Assembly: GCA_049997795.1 (NCBI GenBank)
Contig: JBEKVT010000001.1
Coordinates: 4,085-68,084, forward strand
From: Minisyncoccia bacterium
Lineage (GTDB): Bacteria > Patescibacteriota > Minisyncoccia > Phycocordibacterales > PALSA-1337
Reading direction: 5' to 3'
Length of the DNA stretch: 64,000 nt
Shown here: one piece after another, positions 61,636 through 64,000 of the stretch
How the letters are laid out: each line of letters opens with the position of its first letter
Position numbering within the stretch: the stretch's first letter is position 1
The notes under the pieces: generated by a model
The model's input: the letters and a program-made list of their open reading frames with translations, nothing else
Told to the model about the DNA's origin: nothing
Databases searched by the model: none
Translations under genes and position numbers: made by a program

Positions 61636-62022
61636 CTACTCAATCCTTAAAAAATAACCCTTGCAATTAGGACTCTTGCAATTACATAGAACCCGGACTC
61701 CGCCCTTCTCAGTCTGGTTATAATCACAGGTGATTTCTTCACCTAGCATTATGTCCCTTACAGATTTCAGGTGCGGTTGAACCATTGAAATATCTAAAAC
61801 TGTATTGGGGTCACAGGAATGATTAATCCAATTGAGTACAGCATTATCGTCTACATACAAACCCTTCCCAATGTGGGCAAATCTTGGAGTGGGAACGTTT
61901 ACAACAGTATCTACAGGAACTATATAAAATACTTCTCCTTTATTGATTGGCCGTTCGGTAAAAATACCCATATTATCTATGGGACTTTTTCTTTTTTTGA
62001 GAAATGGGTGATTATTCGGCAT
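61636..62022 (-). CDS. SET-domain protein (putative protein-lysine methyltransferase)
   Basis: 128 aa with NHSCDPN and GEEITCDY, the SET signatures. A post-SET-like CNCKSPNC follows. Confidence 0.65.
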   Translation of the reverse strand: MPNNHPFLKKRKSPIDNMGIFTERPINKGEVFYIVPVDTVVNVPTPRFAHIGKGLYVDDNAVLNWINHSCDPNTVLDISMVQPHLKSVRDIMLGEEITCDYNQTEKGGVRVLCNCKSPNCKGYFLRIE

Positions 62023-62683
62023 ATTCTCTTAGCACAGCATCGACAAGAACATTCATTGGATCTATCTTATTGATTGGCAACTCTTTTGACATTAAAGCTA
62101 CTTCGGAACACCCAAGAATGATGGACTCCGATACTTTTGAGTATTTTCGAGCAAGGTTCTGTGTGAATGTCTCCTGCTTCTTCTTATCAATTCCGAGGTT
62201 GTAATTCGATATTGCTCGAGACAAATCTTTTACTTCCGATTCTAATAATTCATTGCATTTAATACCGCTAAACTTATATAAGCCGCTTGCCAATGTATAA
62301 GGAGTGCCAAAGACTGTGACAGATTTAACCTGAAGATTATGTAAACATTTTTCAACTTCTGCCCGAAGATTAATTATAGGTACTTTTGTTGCCCGCTGCA
62401 GGGTATCGAGGTATACATAAGCAGTGTTGCAAATAATTGCAATGATATCTGAACCACTTTTCTCCAATTGCTTTAAACCATCAACATAAGGAGAGAGAAT
62501 CTCGTGTGTACCATTATTAAAAATAAGTTCAGGAGCAGAAATGCTGTTTATTATCACATGGGGGTATTCACTATTATCCTTAGGCTTATTTTTCTCAATA
62601 AATTTTCTTATCAATTCTAAGTAGAAAAAACCAGTAGACTCAGGCCCTATTCCCCCTAGTAGCCCTATAGTCTTCTTTTTCAT
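62012..62683 (-). CDS. Asp/Glu/hydantoin racemase-family protein (aspartate racemase-like)
   Basis: 223 aa with two Cys-containing active-site blocks (...IIAIICNTAYVYLD... and ...IILGCSEVALM...). It overlaps the SET gene start by 11 nt. Confidence 0.65.
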   Translation of the reverse strand: MKKKTIGLLGGIGPESTGFFYLELIRKFIEKNKPKDNSEYPHVIINSISAPELIFNNGTHEILSPYVDGLKQLEKSGSDIIAIICNTAYVYLDTLQRATKVPIINLRAEVEKCLHNLQVKSVTVFGTPYTLASGLYKFSGIKCNELLESEVKDLSRAISNYNLGIDKKKQETFTQNLARKYSKVSESIILGCSEVALMSKELPINKIDPMNVLVDAVLREYAE

Positions 62684-62723
62684 ACAAAAACTCTACTACA
62701 TAAACGCGGGTTCGGGAAGTAGT

Positions 62724-62751
62724 GCTGGCTGCGTGGTACGATGTTGGAACC
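62724..62751 (+). repeat. Cassette-associated conserved element, copy 7 (GCTGGCTGCGTGGTACGATGTTGGAACC)
   Basis: Read directly. It lies in the divergent intergenic region between the racemase (-) and the SGNH hydrolase (+). Confidence 0.85.
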
Positions 62752-62915
62752 ATAATAACGCAAAAATTGGAATAAACAAAAAGCCGCCCGAATTAGCCGG
62801 CTGCGCGGCAAGAAGTGGATGTGTCTTTCGCTCAGTCCTTTTTGTCCTATCCGGACTAGTATAGCCGGGCGAGCGGCTTCTATTTATCGATGATGGATTT
62901 CCTGCTAAAATCACC

Positions 62916-63740
62916 TTGAGAGACAAAGATCAGCGAGGCCTTATGGGAACTAAAAAGATCATCGTCCTATACGCGATCGTCGCCGTCGGCTCGGCATTGG
63001 CAGTCGGCTGGATCTTCTCATATGTCGGACGCGGCGCGCCCGGACCGAAGGGCCTCACCACGAGCGTCCTGTTCATCGGCAACAGCCTGACTTATGTCAA
63101 CGATCTGCCGCAGACTCTCTCCGATATCGCCCGATCGCTCGGCGACACGGCCGAGACCGATATGTACGCTCCGGGTGGTTATACGCTCAAGCAGGACGCA
63201 CAAGACCCGACGGCTCTGGACAAGATAGCGTCCAGGCCTTGGGATTTCGTAGTCTTGCAAGAGCAGAGCGAGCTGCCCGCTCTTCAAGACTCCCAGGTGG
63301 ACGACGAGGTGACGCCTTATGCATTGGAGCTCGCGAGCGATGTCCGTCAGGCTGGGCCTGACACCAAGGTCGTATTCTTCGAGACATGGGCTTACAAGGG
63401 CGGCGATCCACAGTATTGTGCTTCGACTCCGACCTTGTGCGATTTCGAATCCATGCAAGACCAGCTGTCGAGATCGTACGGCCTCTTGGCGCAAAGGTCC
63501 GGCGGGTTGCTGGCCCCGGTCGGCGAAGCGTGGCGATCGGCGCGGGATGCCTATCCTGAGATCGAGCTCTATCAGAGCGACGGCAGGCATCCGTCGGCGG
63601 AAGGCACCTACCTCGCGGCCGCTGTGTTCTACATGGTCTTGTTCAAGAAGGACGTCGCCGGCGCGGCATCTTTAGGCATCGACCCGGCACAAGCGAAGAT
63701 CCTGCAACAGGTCGCGAGACAGGTGGTCTTCAGACAGTGA
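62916..63740 (+). CDS. SGNH/GDSL-type hydrolase (DUF4886-like), secreted
   Basis: N-terminal TM/signal, then ...VLFIGNSLTYVNDLPQ (GNSL in place of GDSL) and a C-terminal ...SDGRHPSAEG (catalytic D-x-x-H). Confidence 0.6.
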   Translation: MRDKDQRGLMGTKKIIVLYAIVAVGSALAVGWIFSYVGRGAPGPKGLTTSVLFIGNSLTYVNDLPQTLSDIARSLGDTAETDMYAPGGYTLKQDAQDPTALDKIASRPWDFVVLQEQSELPALQDSQVDDEVTPYALELASDVRQAGPDTKVVFFETWAYKGGDPQYCASTPTLCDFESMQDQLSRSYGLLAQRSGGLLAPVGEAWRSARDAYPEIELYQSDGRHPSAEGTYLAAAVFYMVLFKKDVAGAASLGIDPAQAKILQQVARQVVFRQ

Positions 63741-63761
63741 TGGCGCCGATGATCTTTTGTT

Positions 63762-63790
63762 GGCTGGCTGCGTGGGACGAAGTTGGAACC
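63762..63790 (+). repeat. Cassette-associated conserved element, copy 8 (GGCTGGCTGCGTGGGACGAAGTTGGAACC)
   Basis: Read directly. A double stop (TAA TAA) of a minus-strand gene begins 2-5 bp after it. Confidence 0.85.
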
Positions 63791-63794
63791 TTTA

Positions 63795-64000
63795 TTAAAG
63801 GATTTTAAAGCCTAAGACGATAAATTCGTCCTGTGAATGAATTTGTCTGGAATAATATTTCTCGAACGTTTTCGTCTTTTCCTCTTCTGATCTATAAACC
63901 TCATGTCCGACCCTATTCAGTGGTAATTTTCCAAAAGTCATCCTAGACTTCTCGATAATCGTTGCGGTGGCAACATTCTTTCCATCGTTCTCAGCCAGAA
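63795..64000 (-). CDS. 3' end of an unknown gene running off the window edge (at least 68 aa seen)
   Basis: The minus-strand frame ...LAENDGKNVATATIIEKSRMTFGKLPLNRVGHEVYRSEEEKTKTFEKYYSRQIHSQDEFIVLGFKIL** is stop-free up to the edge. Confidence 0.4.
   Translation of the reverse strand, partial: LAENDGKNVATATIIEKSRMTFGKLPLNRVGHEVYRSEEEKTKTFEKYYSRQIHSQDEFIVLGFKIL

Larger units (their letters stand above)
56097..64000 (-). mobile_element. Putative gene-cassette array (integron-like or CALIN-like): at least 8 cassettes, each a gene or gene pair followed on its coding strand by a conserved ~28-bp site; no integrase in the window
   Basis: There are eight same-orientation copies of GGCTGG-CYGYGTGGTACGATGTTGGAACC. 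Each lies 1-40 bp past a stop codon. GC is mosaic (30-65%) between adjacent genes. The genes are small and functionally unrelated. One cassette is inverted. Confidence 0.45.

Noticed and set aside
56097-63797. Reading the conserved element as a sigma-54 promoter (copy 1 contains TGGCACG...TTGGAA) or as an ECF -35 (GGAAC)
   Set aside because: There is no GC -12 element at the correct spacing. Most copies have TGGTACG, not TGGCACG. The orientation is the same on the plus strand whatever the direction of the flanking gene, so for most genes it would drive antisense transcription.
56097-63797. CRISPR array
   Set aside because: The repeat spacing is 0.5-2.2 kb. Every interval contains complete protein-coding genes, and there are no cas genes.

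Overview
This is a GC-rich (~60%+) bacterial chromosomal segment. From 1 to about 24.8 kb it carries housekeeping genes: hisS, a PolB-exo-like exonuclease, a DsbA-like protein, rpoD and dnaG on the minus strand, rpoC and rpoB on the minus strand, trmD, a KhpA-like KH protein, rpsP, an OmpR-type regulator, a Cas4-like nuclease, an MGMT-family protein, cyclophilin, a DHH phosphoesterase and aspS. From 25 to 46 kb there are stress and envelope modules: TspO, MsrB, MsrA, two ECF sigma/anti-sigma pairs, three DoxX proteins, a MacA/MacB-type efflux system, a FAD oxidase, a P-type ATPase, YvcK, NDH-2, a ZIP transporter, a GAF protein and ABC exporters. Two regions stand out. (1) At 46.5-52.1 kb a radical SAM/SPASM enzyme is translationally coupled to a 44-aa Cys-containing peptide that has a perfect SD and a terminator. 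Flanking it are a beta-propeller protein, an ABC-2 exporter, a small HExxH membrane protein and a receiver protein, so this is a candidate uncharacterised RiPP cluster. (2) From about 56.1 kb to the window end there is a mosaic-GC block of small, unrelated, mostly minus-strand genes. Eight copies of a conserved ~28-bp element (GGCTGG-CYGYGTGGTACGATGTTGGAACC) separate the cassettes, all in the same orientation whatever the gene strand. Each copy sits 1-40 bp beyond the stop codon of a minus-strand gene. The architecture looks like an integron-like or CALIN-like gene-cassette array with a novel, non-palindromic attC-like site, and no integrase is in view. Base coordinates I counted by eye may be off by 1-3 nt. 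The six-frame track misses three things: a 448-aa membrane protein ORF running off the left edge, the 44-aa peptide, and a 56-aa leaderless GlsB/YeaQ-like gene. It also over-extends several N-termini; the clearest case is rpoC, whose true start is at 12083.
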